The notes: generated by a model not told the origin, from the sequence alone. A stretch of DNA of 35,655 bases from a virus (IMGVR_UViG_3300030620_000017:1-35655); one strand, 5' to 3'; counted from the stretch's first letter, positions 1 through 6,884 are shown. A program made the numbers and translations.

Positions 1-337
1 CGGCCGAGTCGACGGCCGAGTCGACGGCCGAGTCGACGGCCGAGCCGACGGCCGAGTAGACGGCCGAGCAGACGGCCGAGTAGACGGCCGAGTAGACGGC
101 CGAGCCGACGGCCGAGTCGACGGCCGAGCCGACGGCCGAGTCGACGGCCGAGCCGACGGCCGAGCCGACGGCCGAGTCGACGGCCGAGTAGACGGCCGAG
201 CCGACGGCCGAGCGGACGGCCGAGCCGACGGCCGAGCCGACGGCCGAGCCGACGGCCGAGCCGACGGCCGAGTAGACGGCCGAGCCGACGGCCGAGCCGA
301 CGGCCGAGCCGACGGCCGAGCCGACGGCCGAGCCGAC
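1..337. repeat. 12-bp tandem repeat GACGGCCGAGNN, about 28 units, encoding xSAV on the minus strand
   Basis: Read directly; only the last two bases of the unit vary (cc, tc, ta, cg, ca = G, D, Y, R, C). Confidence 0.97.
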
Positions 338-583
338 GGGCTTCCTGAGTGCTTCTAGGACGAGCGCCGCGGTGGGAGCAGCAAAAGCCAAGACGATCGG
401 GGAATCGACCCACACCACATTGACAGGCCAGCCGAGATCGGCGTACTCGTAGCAGCGGCGGATCCCGTCCTCCACAACACGCCGATCTGCGGGCTCCGTC
501 GAGAGACCCTGATCGATCCAGAACTGTGCCCAAGGACCCATCTCGGCCTGCTGAGCATCTGTGAGAGCAGTGAGCCTCTTCAC
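1..583 (-). CDS. N-terminal part of DUF6745-like protein (continues across the junction at 35655); absent from ORF track
   Basis: GTG at 583 overlaps upstream TGA (GTGA) with GAGGAG SD; reads MKRLTALTDAQQAEMGPWAQFWIDQGLSTEPADRRVVEDGIRRCYEYADLGWPVNVVWVDSP... then (xSAV)n, open to the edge. Confidence 0.85.
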   Translation of the reverse strand, partial: MKRLTALTDAQQAEMGPWAQFWIDQGLSTEPADRRVVEDGIRRCYEYADLGWPVNVVWVDSPIVLAFAAPTAALVLEALRKPVGSAVGSAVGSAVGSAVGSAVYSAVGSAVGSAVGSAVGSAVRSAVGSAVYSAVDSAVGSAVGSAVDSAVGSAVDSAVGSAVYSAVYSAVCSAVYSAVGSAVDSAVDSAVDSA

Positions 584-1077
584 GGCATCTCCTCCGCGCA
601 GGCCGAGCAGAGATCCTCCGCGACCCACCAGCACGGCAACCCCGCATCGTCGACACACGACTCACAGGACCGCAGACGGATGGGGAGTACGGGGAGGGTC
701 ATGCGGCGCCTTGGAGGTTGCGGGGGAGATGCAGGATGCCGACTTTGACGGGCGGCTGATCGGCGTTGCGCGGCGGACCGTCGGGTGTCGGCGGCGTATG
801 CGGTATTGGCGGCGACACACCCCGGTTCACGGCAACCGGCCCGGTAATGGCTGCGGGTGCCGCATTTCGCTGAGCTGTCCCGCAGTTCCCGACGCTCATC
901 GGGGGTCATGCCGCCCCACATCCCGAACGGCTCATCGATGCCGTCCGCCAGACAATCAGCGGCGACCAGGCAGGAGGAACAGACCTTCCGGGCGTCGCTG
1001 TAGCTGCCGAACCGTCCGGGGAGGAAGAAGGTCTCCGGGTCAGCGTCGAGACACGCCGCGTCTGACCGCCAGCTCAT
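580..1077 (-). CDS. whiB: WhiB-family Fe-S transcription factor with C-terminal Cys-rich extension (possible frameshift fusion)
   Basis: WRSDAAC..DPETFF..ARKVCSSCLVAADC..GMWGGMTPDERR; ATG 1077 coupled by ATGA to the methyltransferase stop. Confidence 0.9.
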   Translation of the reverse strand: MSWRSDAACLDADPETFFLPGRFGSYSDARKVCSSCLVAADCLADGIDEPFGMWGGMTPDERRELRDSSAKCGTRSHYRAGCREPGCVAANTAYAADTRRSAAQRRSAARQSRHPASPPQPPRRRMTLPVLPIRLRSCESCVDDAGLPCWWVAEDLCSACAEEMP

Positions 1078-1853
1078 GCCAGGACCTCCTGGACGCCCCG
1101 TTCGATGTACTGGTCGACGTAGGCGGCGGAGAGGTCGACACCGATGCCGTGGCGGCCGAGTCGGTGCGCCACCCGGATCGTTGTCCCTGACCCGGCGAAC
1201 GGGTCCAGCACCGTCTCTCCCGGCACCGTGGAGAGCAGGATCGCCCGGCGTGCTAGTTCGTCGGGGAACGGGCACGGATGCCCGGAACGGCGGGCGGGGG
1301 GGATGGCCCACACGTTCTGTGTCCACTCCGTGAACTCCCGCGGTGACACCCCATCTGATTCGAGATCATGAGACAGGCCACGGTTCCAGGTGCCCTTGAA
1401 GAACAGCAGGACCGCTTCCCATCGGCCTCGGAGGTTCGGGGCGGAGGGACTCATCCACGAACCCCAGGCGGTCGCCTGATCAGCGTCGTTGGTGTACCAG
1501 ACGACAGTGTCCCGGTAGCGAAGCCCGGCGGCGAGGAGAGCCTTCCACCAGGTGGTCATCGGCGACCAGCGGCCATCCCGCTGGGTATCGCCGCCGATCG
1601 GAAGCGCAGGGGGGACGTTCACCCACACCCGGCCGCCATGATCGACAACCGCCGCGATCTCCCGGGCCCAGTCACCAATCAGATCCAGATGACGGCCCAA
1701 CGGCATGTCATCGGCCACACCCACGTACGGCTGCCCCGTGTTGTAAGGAGGGGACGTCACCACACATTGCACCGGCGAATCGATCCCATGCTCCGAGAAC
1801 AGGGATCGCAGGTCGGCGGCGTCACCGTGGAGGATGATCGAGGAGCCGCTCAT
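1074..1853 (-). CDS. DNA methyltransferase, N4-cytosine/N6-adenine, beta-class
   Basis: TSPPY catalytic motif precedes HPCPFP and VLDPFAGSGTT SAM-binding motif; ATG 1853 in ATGA overlap. Confidence 0.92.
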   Translation of the reverse strand: MSGSSIILHGDAADLRSLFSEHGIDSPVQCVVTSPPYNTGQPYVGVADDMPLGRHLDLIGDWAREIAAVVDHGGRVWVNVPPALPIGGDTQRDGRWSPMTTWWKALLAAGLRYRDTVVWYTNDADQATAWGSWMSPSAPNLRGRWEAVLLFFKGTWNRGLSHDLESDGVSPREFTEWTQNVWAIPPARRSGHPCPFPDELARRAILLSTVPGETVLDPFAGSGTTIRVAHRLGRHGIGVDLSAAYVDQYIERGVQEVLA

Positions 1854-2770
1854 TGGACAGCCTCCTCGAGGAGCCGCCGCTTGTACCACTCGGGGAGTCC
1901 CCGGCCAAGACCGCGGCGTATCCGGTCGGTGGCCCACTCGACAAGCTTGGCGGCGATCCAGTCGGCCTCCTCGGCCATGGTGTCGGCTTGGACCTCACGG
2001 ATCAGTTGGCCGATGTCGCGGGGGGAGTGCTCGAGGTCACCCGCCTCCGCGAGATGCTGGACGGCTTTCTCCCAGCGGGCCTCCGTGTTGAGGGCTGCGA
2101 GGAGCCGTTCGACGACGTCGCCCTGGGATGGATGCCGGGCCTTCCAGGACCGCTTGTGGACCTCTTTGAATCGTTCGGAGACGTATTTGCCTGCGAGGAA
2201 AGGCCGGCCGGTCAGCTGGTTCGTCTTGTGGTAGTTCTTGACCACGAAGCCCTCGATCAGGGTGCCGCCGAGACTCGACTCGGTGTCGAGGAGCCGGTTG
2301 CATTCCTCGAGGGTTAGCTGAGGCCCGTCCGCGATGTCGAAGGTGTGGGCCGGTTCGACTCCGAGGAGGTCGGCGTAGGCGACGAGATCGGGGGTCGCCC
2401 AGTAGTCCGGGTGAGCGACGCACTCGACATCGAACAGGACGACGAACCCGCGGGGCGCCCGGGCGTACTCGATCATGTTGTGAGACGTCGAGCTGAGCGT
2501 CTCACCCCGGAAGAAGAAACCGGCTGGGGGCTGGTCAAATTGGACTGTCCGTAGGTGATGGATCGCGGGGAGGAACATCTTGTCCGGCTGCGCGCCCCCG
2601 CCGACCTGGACCTTGCCCTTCGATGTGACCCACAGCTCCCCATGCTCATCCCAGGCCCAGGAGATCTGCGAACCGTCATACTTCTCCTGGACGACGATCG
2701 GATCGTCAAGGATCCCTCGGAGATTCCGATGCCCAAGGTTGAGGACCTTGCCGTAGCTGGGAATGTTCAC
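1850..2770 (-). CDS. ATP-dependent RNA ligase, Rnl2-like
   Basis: Nucleotidyltransferase motifs QEKYDGSQ, FRGE, LFDV, EGFVVK, AGKYVSERFKE; helical C-terminus with no recognisable OB domain. Confidence 0.82.
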   Translation of the reverse strand: MNIPSYGKVLNLGHRNLRGILDDPIVVQEKYDGSQISWAWDEHGELWVTSKGKVQVGGGAQPDKMFLPAIHHLRTVQFDQPPAGFFFRGETLSSTSHNMIEYARAPRGFVVLFDVECVAHPDYWATPDLVAYADLLGVEPAHTFDIADGPQLTLEECNRLLDTESSLGGTLIEGFVVKNYHKTNQLTGRPFLAGKYVSERFKEVHKRSWKARHPSQGDVVERLLAALNTEARWEKAVQHLAEAGDLEHSPRDIGQLIREVQADTMAEEADWIAAKLVEWATDRIRRGLGRGLPEWYKRRLLEEAVQ

Positions 2771-2931
2771 GCCGCCTCCCGCTCATCATCGGCCACGTGG
2801 TGGAGGACCGGGGGGATGCCATCGAGCTCATTCACTGGATCCTCCGGCCCCGGATACTGAGCTGCCGCGACGATCAGCAGAATCAGCACCGTCACCGCCA
2901 GCATCAAAAGCAACCCCACCCACATGCTCAT
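2767..2931 (-). CDS. Small single-TM membrane protein, 54 aa (not in track)
   Basis: MSMWVGLLLMLAVTVLILLIVAAAQYPG...EREAA; coupled overlaps at both ends. Confidence 0.7.
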   Translation of the reverse strand: MSMWVGLLLMLAVTVLILLIVAAAQYPGPEDPVNELDGIPPVLHHVADDEREAA

Positions 2932-3257
2932 GGCACCACCCGCAGACGCGACGGGGACACCCCGGAAGCCTCCCCTGCTCCGAGAGGGCCCGGGGTGCCG
3001 CCCATCGAACCCTGGTCGCCGTGGGAACCAGGTTCACAAGACTTCCTCACCGCACCACAGATCGGGCACAACGGAGCCGCACCGACACGCCAACCGTTGT
3101 CGTAGAGATGCGCCAGCAGCTCCGGCATCGAATCGAACGGCCCCGCATGCAACGCGAAACGGGGGCCCTCCAAGACGACAGTGAGCCCGACCTGCTCCAA
3201 CTCGGCGATCGCCCGACGGGCCGTCTCAGTGGTATCGGCGACGACGCGGACCATCAC
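2928..3257 (-). CDS. Hypothetical protein with CxxC
   Basis: Coupled overlaps; LCPICG. Confidence 0.6.
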   Translation of the reverse strand: MMVRVVADTTETARRAIAELEQVGLTVVLEGPRFALHAGPFDSMPELLAHLYDNGWRVGAAPLCPICGAVRKSCEPGSHGDQGSMGGTPGPLGAGEASGVSPSRLRVVP

Positions 3258-3493
3258 CCGGCTCCCGGAGAGGGTCTGTGAGCAATGAAGCGAATCTCGA
3301 ACTCGCCGGCCGGGATCCGGGTCTCTTTGCGTCCCTCCCCGAAGCTAGAGGCGTCGATCAGGAACTGCGCGATGCCTTCAACGCCGGTTACGTGCCAGCC
3401 TGGCAGCAACCACTCGATCAGATCGACGGCATCCCGTTCAGACGGCATGCCGTTCACCAGGGACGGCAAAAAGAGTCGACCTTCGAGCCTCAT
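3254..3493 (-). CDS. Hypothetical protein
   Basis: ATG 3493 in ATGA overlap with GGAGG SD. Confidence 0.6.
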   Translation of the reverse strand: MRLEGRLFLPSLVNGMPSERDAVDLIEWLLPGWHVTGVEGIAQFLIDASSFGEGRKETRIPAGEFEIRFIAHRPSPGAG

Positions 3494-3978
3494 TCGTCGC
3501 CTCCGATCCGATAGGGCCAACGTTCAACGGACGCCTTGCCGCGGACCCGGCCGGGCTCGGTGCGACCCTGCCCGTTGCAAGTTTGAGGATGGCTTGCGTC
3601 CTCTTCGGTCCACGGGTCCGCGGCAAGATCTTCGACCCGGTAGGGCCAGCGTTCAAAGGTGGGCCCGGCAGCACCGCCACGCTGGCGACGTGGCATGGGC
3701 ACCCCGTCGGGGTAGATGCTGCCGGGGCCCCCGCCCGGGTGAACGTCGACGGACCGGACGGACGTCGACGTTGGAAGGCGGGGGAGATGGGCACCCCGAG
3801 ACTGACCGCGGGCTGCCAACCCTGAGACGAACTGCCCGAACATGATCAGCCAGCCGGCCACGATCAGGATCATCGCAGTGCCGCCCAACTCGAGAACCGC
3901 GGTGAGGTCGCCGACGACGAGAAGAGTGGCCGCGGCGCAGACCAGGCCGCCGGCGAAGAAGAGGTAGGGGAGGATCAT
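3490..3978 (-). CDS. Membrane protein, 2 TM plus disordered tail with duplicated ERWPYR motif
   Basis: Hydrophobic N-terminus; coupled overlaps. Confidence 0.65.
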   Translation of the reverse strand: MILPYLFFAGGLVCAAATLLVVGDLTAVLELGGTAMILIVAGWLIMFGQFVSGLAARGQSRGAHLPRLPTSTSVRSVDVHPGGGPGSIYPDGVPMPRRQRGGAAGPTFERWPYRVEDLAADPWTEEDASHPQTCNGQGRTEPGRVRGKASVERWPYRIGGDE

Positions 3979-4292
3979 GTAGCGTTCCCACGGTGAGGGG
4001 AGAGCCTGTGAACGACTCGGACGCAGTCGCCGGCCGTCGGGCCGCTCAGGCGGCGATCACCGCAGTGGTCCGCGGGGACTACGAGGAGCAGCATGCGGTC
4101 GTCGAGGAGGTAGCCCGAAGCGGGAACGTGGAGATGATCGCCGGGTGCTGCCACTTCATGCTCGGGGTCATCCGGGTCTGCGGCGGCGACCCGGAGCGTC
4201 TCACGGAAGTGTTCCTCGACCTTGAGAGCGACTGACTGCCCTGCCCGGCGGCCCATCTCGTAGGACTGGTCGTTGTTCTCGCGGAAGGTCAT
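3975..4292 (-). CDS. Hypothetical ORF MTFRENNDQ..., antisense to the 4008-4235 gene
   Basis: ATGA-coupled at both ends, but may largely be a shadow of the plus-strand gene. Confidence 0.45.
   Translation of the reverse strand: MTFRENNDQSYEMGRRAGQSVALKVEEHFRETLRVAAADPDDPEHEVAAPGDHLHVPASGYLLDDRMLLLVVPADHCGDRRLSGPTAGDCVRVVHRLSPHRGNAT
4008..4235 (+). CDS. Small acidic helical protein, 75 aa, opposite to the early operon
   Basis: GAGGGGAG SD then GTG 4008; GC-rich third positions; TAGCGT -10-like hexamer at 3980-3985. Confidence 0.6.
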   Translation: MNDSDAVAGRRAAQAAITAVVRGDYEEQHAVVEEVARSGNVEMIAGCCHFMLGVIRVCGGDPERLTEVFLDLESD

Positions 4293-4501
4293 GAGCGATG
4301 CGCTTTCGCTCGCCGCTGATCCCGGGCCGTCAAAGCCTCGAGCACATGCCGCATCAACACGGATGCCGGCAGGCCCATCGACTCGGCGACATCGAACACA
4401 TCCACCGCGAACACCTCGGCGCCGCGGGTCTCGTCCGGCCGCGAGTTGTACCGGTTGATCGCCTGAGCACCAGCCAGGTCCAGGACGGCGACGCTGGTCA
4501 T
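4289..4501 (-). CDS. Hypothetical early protein
   Basis: ATGA coupling both sides. Confidence 0.6.
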   Translation of the reverse strand: MTSVAVLDLAGAQAINRYNSRPDETRGAEVFAVDVFDVAESMGLPASVLMRHVLEALTARDQRRAKAHRS

Positions 4502-4722
4502 ACCGCCACCCCCCGCAACCGGAGACGAGCCTGACGGGCAAGCGGGGCCAGCCGGGCGATCGCCACACGCACCTGCGGACGAGTCCAGGTAGCGATCCCG
4601 GACGGGACCGGCACACCAGCCTCGAAAGCGAGCTCACGGACCCGGCGCAGCTCATGAGGCATCGGTCTTGCCGGCAACCCGCAAGAACAGTCCCTGAGGC
4701 GGCAGTCAGCGGCGTGGATCAT
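4498..4722 (-). CDS. Hypothetical early protein (HxxxC..CSC)
   Basis: ATGA coupling both sides. Confidence 0.6.
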   Translation of the reverse strand: MIHAADCRLRDCSCGLPARPMPHELRRVRELAFEAGVPVPSGIATWTRPQVRVAIARLAPLARQARLRLRGVAV

Positions 4723-4904
4723 GCTGCGCCTCGCTCGAGTCCGAACTTCTCCTCGAACTCGGACCGCGGGATCCGGTGTGAGCGGCCGATCTTGATTGCG
4801 GGGATGTCTCCGGTGCTGATTTGGCGGTAGACGGTGGTGATGTGGAGGCGGAGGAGGTCGGCTGCTTCGGCGGGGGTGAGGAACCGGGGTGTCGCGTTAG
4901 TCAT
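4719..4904 (-). CDS. Xis-family (HTH_17-like) DNA-binding protein in the Cro position
   Basis: FLTPAEAADLLRLHITTVYRQISTGDIPAIKIGRSHRIPRSE; first gene after leftward promoter. Confidence 0.85.
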   Translation of the reverse strand: MTNATPRFLTPAEAADLLRLHITTVYRQISTGDIPAIKIGRSHRIPRSEFEEKFGLERGAA

Positions 4905-4913
4905 GTCAGAAGG

Positions 4914-4943
4914 GTTATACCGGACGCGGATGGGTCCTGTCAA
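4914..4943 (-). promoter_or_regulatory. Early lytic promoter TTGACA-N18-TATAAC
   Basis: -35 at 4943-4938, -10 at 4919-4914, ATG 9 nt downstream; GTCCT/AGGAC inverted repeat 4934-4947 overlaps -35. Confidence 0.75.
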
Positions 4944-4976
4944 GGACTAGTGCGCACGTTGTGCGGGAGAATGCTG

Positions 4977-5005
4977 TGGACAGCGGGACCGCACATGGGT
5001 AGCGT
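4977..5005 (+). promoter_or_regulatory. Repressor promoter TGGACA-N17-TAGCGT, leaderless
   Basis: ATG at 5013 lies exactly 7 nt after the -10 hexamer. Confidence 0.7.
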
Positions 5006-5012
5006 TCGGGTC

Positions 5013-5363
5013 ATGACACCCGATTTCATGCACTCTGGAGCCGTACGTCTCCGCGCAGCGGCCGCGGGCATCGGGATGAAGCAGACCGAGATCGCGGAGT
5101 CGCTGGGCGTGACTCCGAAGACCGTCGGTCGCTGGTTCCGAGGTGAGGACGTCCCGACCCGGGAGCGGTTGCTTGAGCTCGAGGAGGCTCTTGACCTGCC
5201 GTCCGGTGATCTTTGTGTGCTGTTCGGCTACCTGCCGGAGGGGACCGCGGAGATCGTTGAGCGGGATGATCTGGGTCGGCTGCTGGTTAGAGTCTCCGGT
5301 TCATCTAATCCGGGGTATCTCAACGAGCCGTTGTTCGACCCCGACGTCCTGGTCGCTGCCTGA
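5013..5363 (+). CDS. Immunity repressor, XRE/Cro-C1 HTH, ending in ssrA-like tag VLVAA
   Basis: MKQTEIAESLGVTPKTVGRWFRGEDVP HTH; divergent from Xis/Cro-like gene; directly upstream of integrase. Confidence 0.88.
   Translation: MTPDFMHSGAVRLRAAAAGIGMKQTEIAESLGVTPKTVGRWFRGEDVPTRERLLELEEALDLPSGDLCVLFGYLPEGTAEIVERDDLGRLLVRVSGSSNPGYLNEPLFDPDVLVAA
5298..5325. other. Candidate attP core, dif-like: GGTTCATCTAA-TCCGGG-GTATCTCAACG
   Basis: 11-6-11 layout with imperfect inverted arms; 7/11 and 6/11 identity to the E. coli dif XerC and XerD arms; inside the repressor, upstream of the LVAA tag. Confidence 0.5.
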
Positions 5364-5408
5364 ACCTGGCACAACGGTTGGCAAGCTTTGCTAGGTTCCC
5401 GACGCACG

Positions 5409-6200
5409 ATGCACCGTGCCGACTACATCGAGCATCTCACCGCCCACGGCCTGGGCGCCAAGACCATCCGCCTGTACGTCCGCGCCGTCGAACGCGCCCA
5501 CCAGGCCCTCGGACCGCTCGAGGATGTCACCGCGACAGGGCTCGCCAGTTACGCCGATGGTCTCGCCGCCGGCTATTCGACCCGTCGGCATCTCCGGACC
5601 GCGTTGCGGGCCTACTGGTCGATGCTCGGCGTCGACGGACCGCTGCAGGCAATCAGGGTGCCGCCGAAACCCCGATCGAGATGCCTGGCACTCGACGAAG
5701 ACGACGCCCGGGCGATGATCAAAACGGCGGTAGGCTGGTATCCAGAAGGCCTCGCCGTGCTTCTCGCCATGTACCTGGCGCTCCGGTCCTCCGAGATCGC
5801 CGCAGCGCACATGGACCGCTTCGCCGACAACCTCACCTGGTACACCGTCACCGGGAAACGCGACATCACCGCCACCCTACCCGTGCACCCCACCCTCATC
5901 AGCGAGATCCGGGCCGCCGGAGTCACAGGCTGGGTGTTCCCCGGATACTACGGCCGGGAACACGTCACCCCCCAGACCATCTGGAACTGGATCCGCCTCG
6001 CCGCCGAGGAGGCAGGAGTCGACGACCGGATCTGGCCCCATCGGCTCCGACACACCGCGCTCGCCACCGCCAACGACAACACCGGAGACCTCCGCGCCGT
6101 CGCCGACTTCGCCCGCCACCGCGACGTCTCAGTCACCATGATCTACACCCGCACCACGGAACGGAACCTCCGGCGGGTCTCCGCCGCGCTCGAGTACTGA
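5409..6200 (+). CDS. int: Tyrosine recombinase/integrase, XerC-like, no N-terminal arm-binding domain
   Basis: Catalytic set LRSSEI (R), TGKRD (K), HRLRH, ARH..TMIY (Y); about 263 aa; TG-C-TAGGTT extended -10 at 5389-5397. Confidence 0.92.
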   Translation: MHRADYIEHLTAHGLGAKTIRLYVRAVERAHQALGPLEDVTATGLASYADGLAAGYSTRRHLRTALRAYWSMLGVDGPLQAIRVPPKPRSRCLALDEDDARAMIKTAVGWYPEGLAVLLAMYLALRSSEIAAAHMDRFADNLTWYTVTGKRDITATLPVHPTLISEIRAAGVTGWVFPGYYGREHVTPQTIWNWIRLAAEEAGVDDRIWPHRLRHTALATANDNTGDLRAVADFARHRDVSVTMIYTRTTERNLRRVSAALEY

Positions 6201-6205
6201 ATGAC

Positions 6206-6394
6206 TTAGTCCACCGTTAGCCGGCCGGTTCGGACAGCCCATCCGCGGATGGTTTTCCACCGCCACACGGGGTTGCGTAACTGCGGGTAGTCAGCCGCGG
6301 GCAGTACGCCGCGGTGTCGCCATTTGTTGACGGTGGATAGGGGAACGCCGAGGCGCTCCCCTATCAGGTTTAGGTCTACGAGGTCAGACGACAC
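6206..6394 (-). CDS. AlpA/MerR-like winged-HTH protein, possible directionality factor
   Basis: LIGERLGVPLSTVNKWRHRGVLP...PVWRWKTIRGW; converges on integrase. Confidence 0.72.
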   Translation of the reverse strand: MSSDLVDLNLIGERLGVPLSTVNKWRHRGVLPAADYPQLRNPVWRWKTIRGWAVRTGRLTVD

Positions 6395-6569
6395 GGAAAC
6401 CCTTCAACGTTGCGAGCATCTCCGGGGAGATGTCGACAACGATTGTCCGTATGCGGGGGGTCCCAGCCTTGATGCGGGCCTCGTACTGTGCTTTGAGGTA
6501 GGCGTCTACCTCGGCGCGGACGCTGTTCTTGTAGTTGTCGATGCGGGCTTGGCGTGTGCTGTTCTTCAT
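6384..6569 (-). CDS. Small basic hypothetical protein, leaderless
   Basis: ATG 6569 lies 7 nt after a consensus -10. Confidence 0.7.
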   Translation of the reverse strand: MKNSTRQARIDNYKNSVRAEVDAYLKAQYEARIKAGTPRIRTIVVDISPEMLATLKGFRVV

Positions 6570-6576
6570 GCCCCCC

Positions 6577-6605
6577 ATCCTACAGAAAGGTTTTCACCGT
6601 GTCAA
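6577..6605 (-). promoter_or_regulatory. Near-consensus housekeeping-sigma promoter TTGACA-N17-TAGGAT
   Basis: -35 at 6605-6600, -10 at 6582-6577. Confidence 0.85.
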
Positions 6606-6683
6606 GACATATAGGACACTTGATTCGTTGAAGACGTCGGCGGCGTACGGAGGTTCGTCGAGTGTAAACCGCCTGTCGACGCA

Positions 6684-6715
6684 GTACGCCCCCCCGCCGA
6701 AGCAGGGGGGCGTAC
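6684..6715 (-). terminator. 14-bp GC hairpin with cUUCGg tetraloop; end of late operon or of the candidate ncRNA
   Basis: GUACGCCCCCCUGC-UUCG-GCGGGGGGGCGUAC; no U-tract. Confidence 0.7.
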
Positions 6716-6717
6716 GC

Positions 6718-6850
6718 GTTCCCGGCCTCCAAAGAAGCGCGGGTGAGTTCGTCGGGTCTAGCCCTCCGAACCGCCGAGGAGGTCGGCGATGAGGGCACCC
6801 GGGAACAATCTGCATCCACATCGACCCCCGGGCAGGCAGCCTGTCGGGGA
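6718..6850 (-). ncRNA. Candidate structured RNA with pseudoknot, family unrecognised
   Basis: Nested stems GUUCCCGG/CCGGGAAC, GCCCUC/GAGGGC, AUCGCCGA/UCGGCGGU; loop CCUCC complementary to GGAGG; no credible ORF. Confidence 0.5.
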
Positions 6851-6884
6851 ATCGTAGAGCGGTGCATCAAGGTTCAGCCGACGG

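Noticed and set aside
1-337. Terminal repeats as a CRISPR array, telomere or terminal direct repeat
   Set aside because: No unique spacers; the 12-bp period is in frame inside a coding sequence and is best explained as an assembly break
1074-1853. Restriction-modification system
   Set aside because: No cognate endonuclease adjacent; orphan methyltransferases are common in temperate phages
4821-5012. Extended repressor N-terminus given in the ORF track
   Set aside because: Overlaps the divergent gene and both promoters; ATG 5013 fits a leaderless start
5260-5340. tRNA-derived attP in the repressor
   Set aside because: Could not fold an anticodon or T-arm on either strand; the dif-like reading fits better
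6580-6870. Track ORFs 6580-6870, 6594-6821 and 6535-6792 as proteins
   Set aside because: No SD or coupling, they overlap a consensus promoter, and their composition is not protein-like; RNA structure explains the region better
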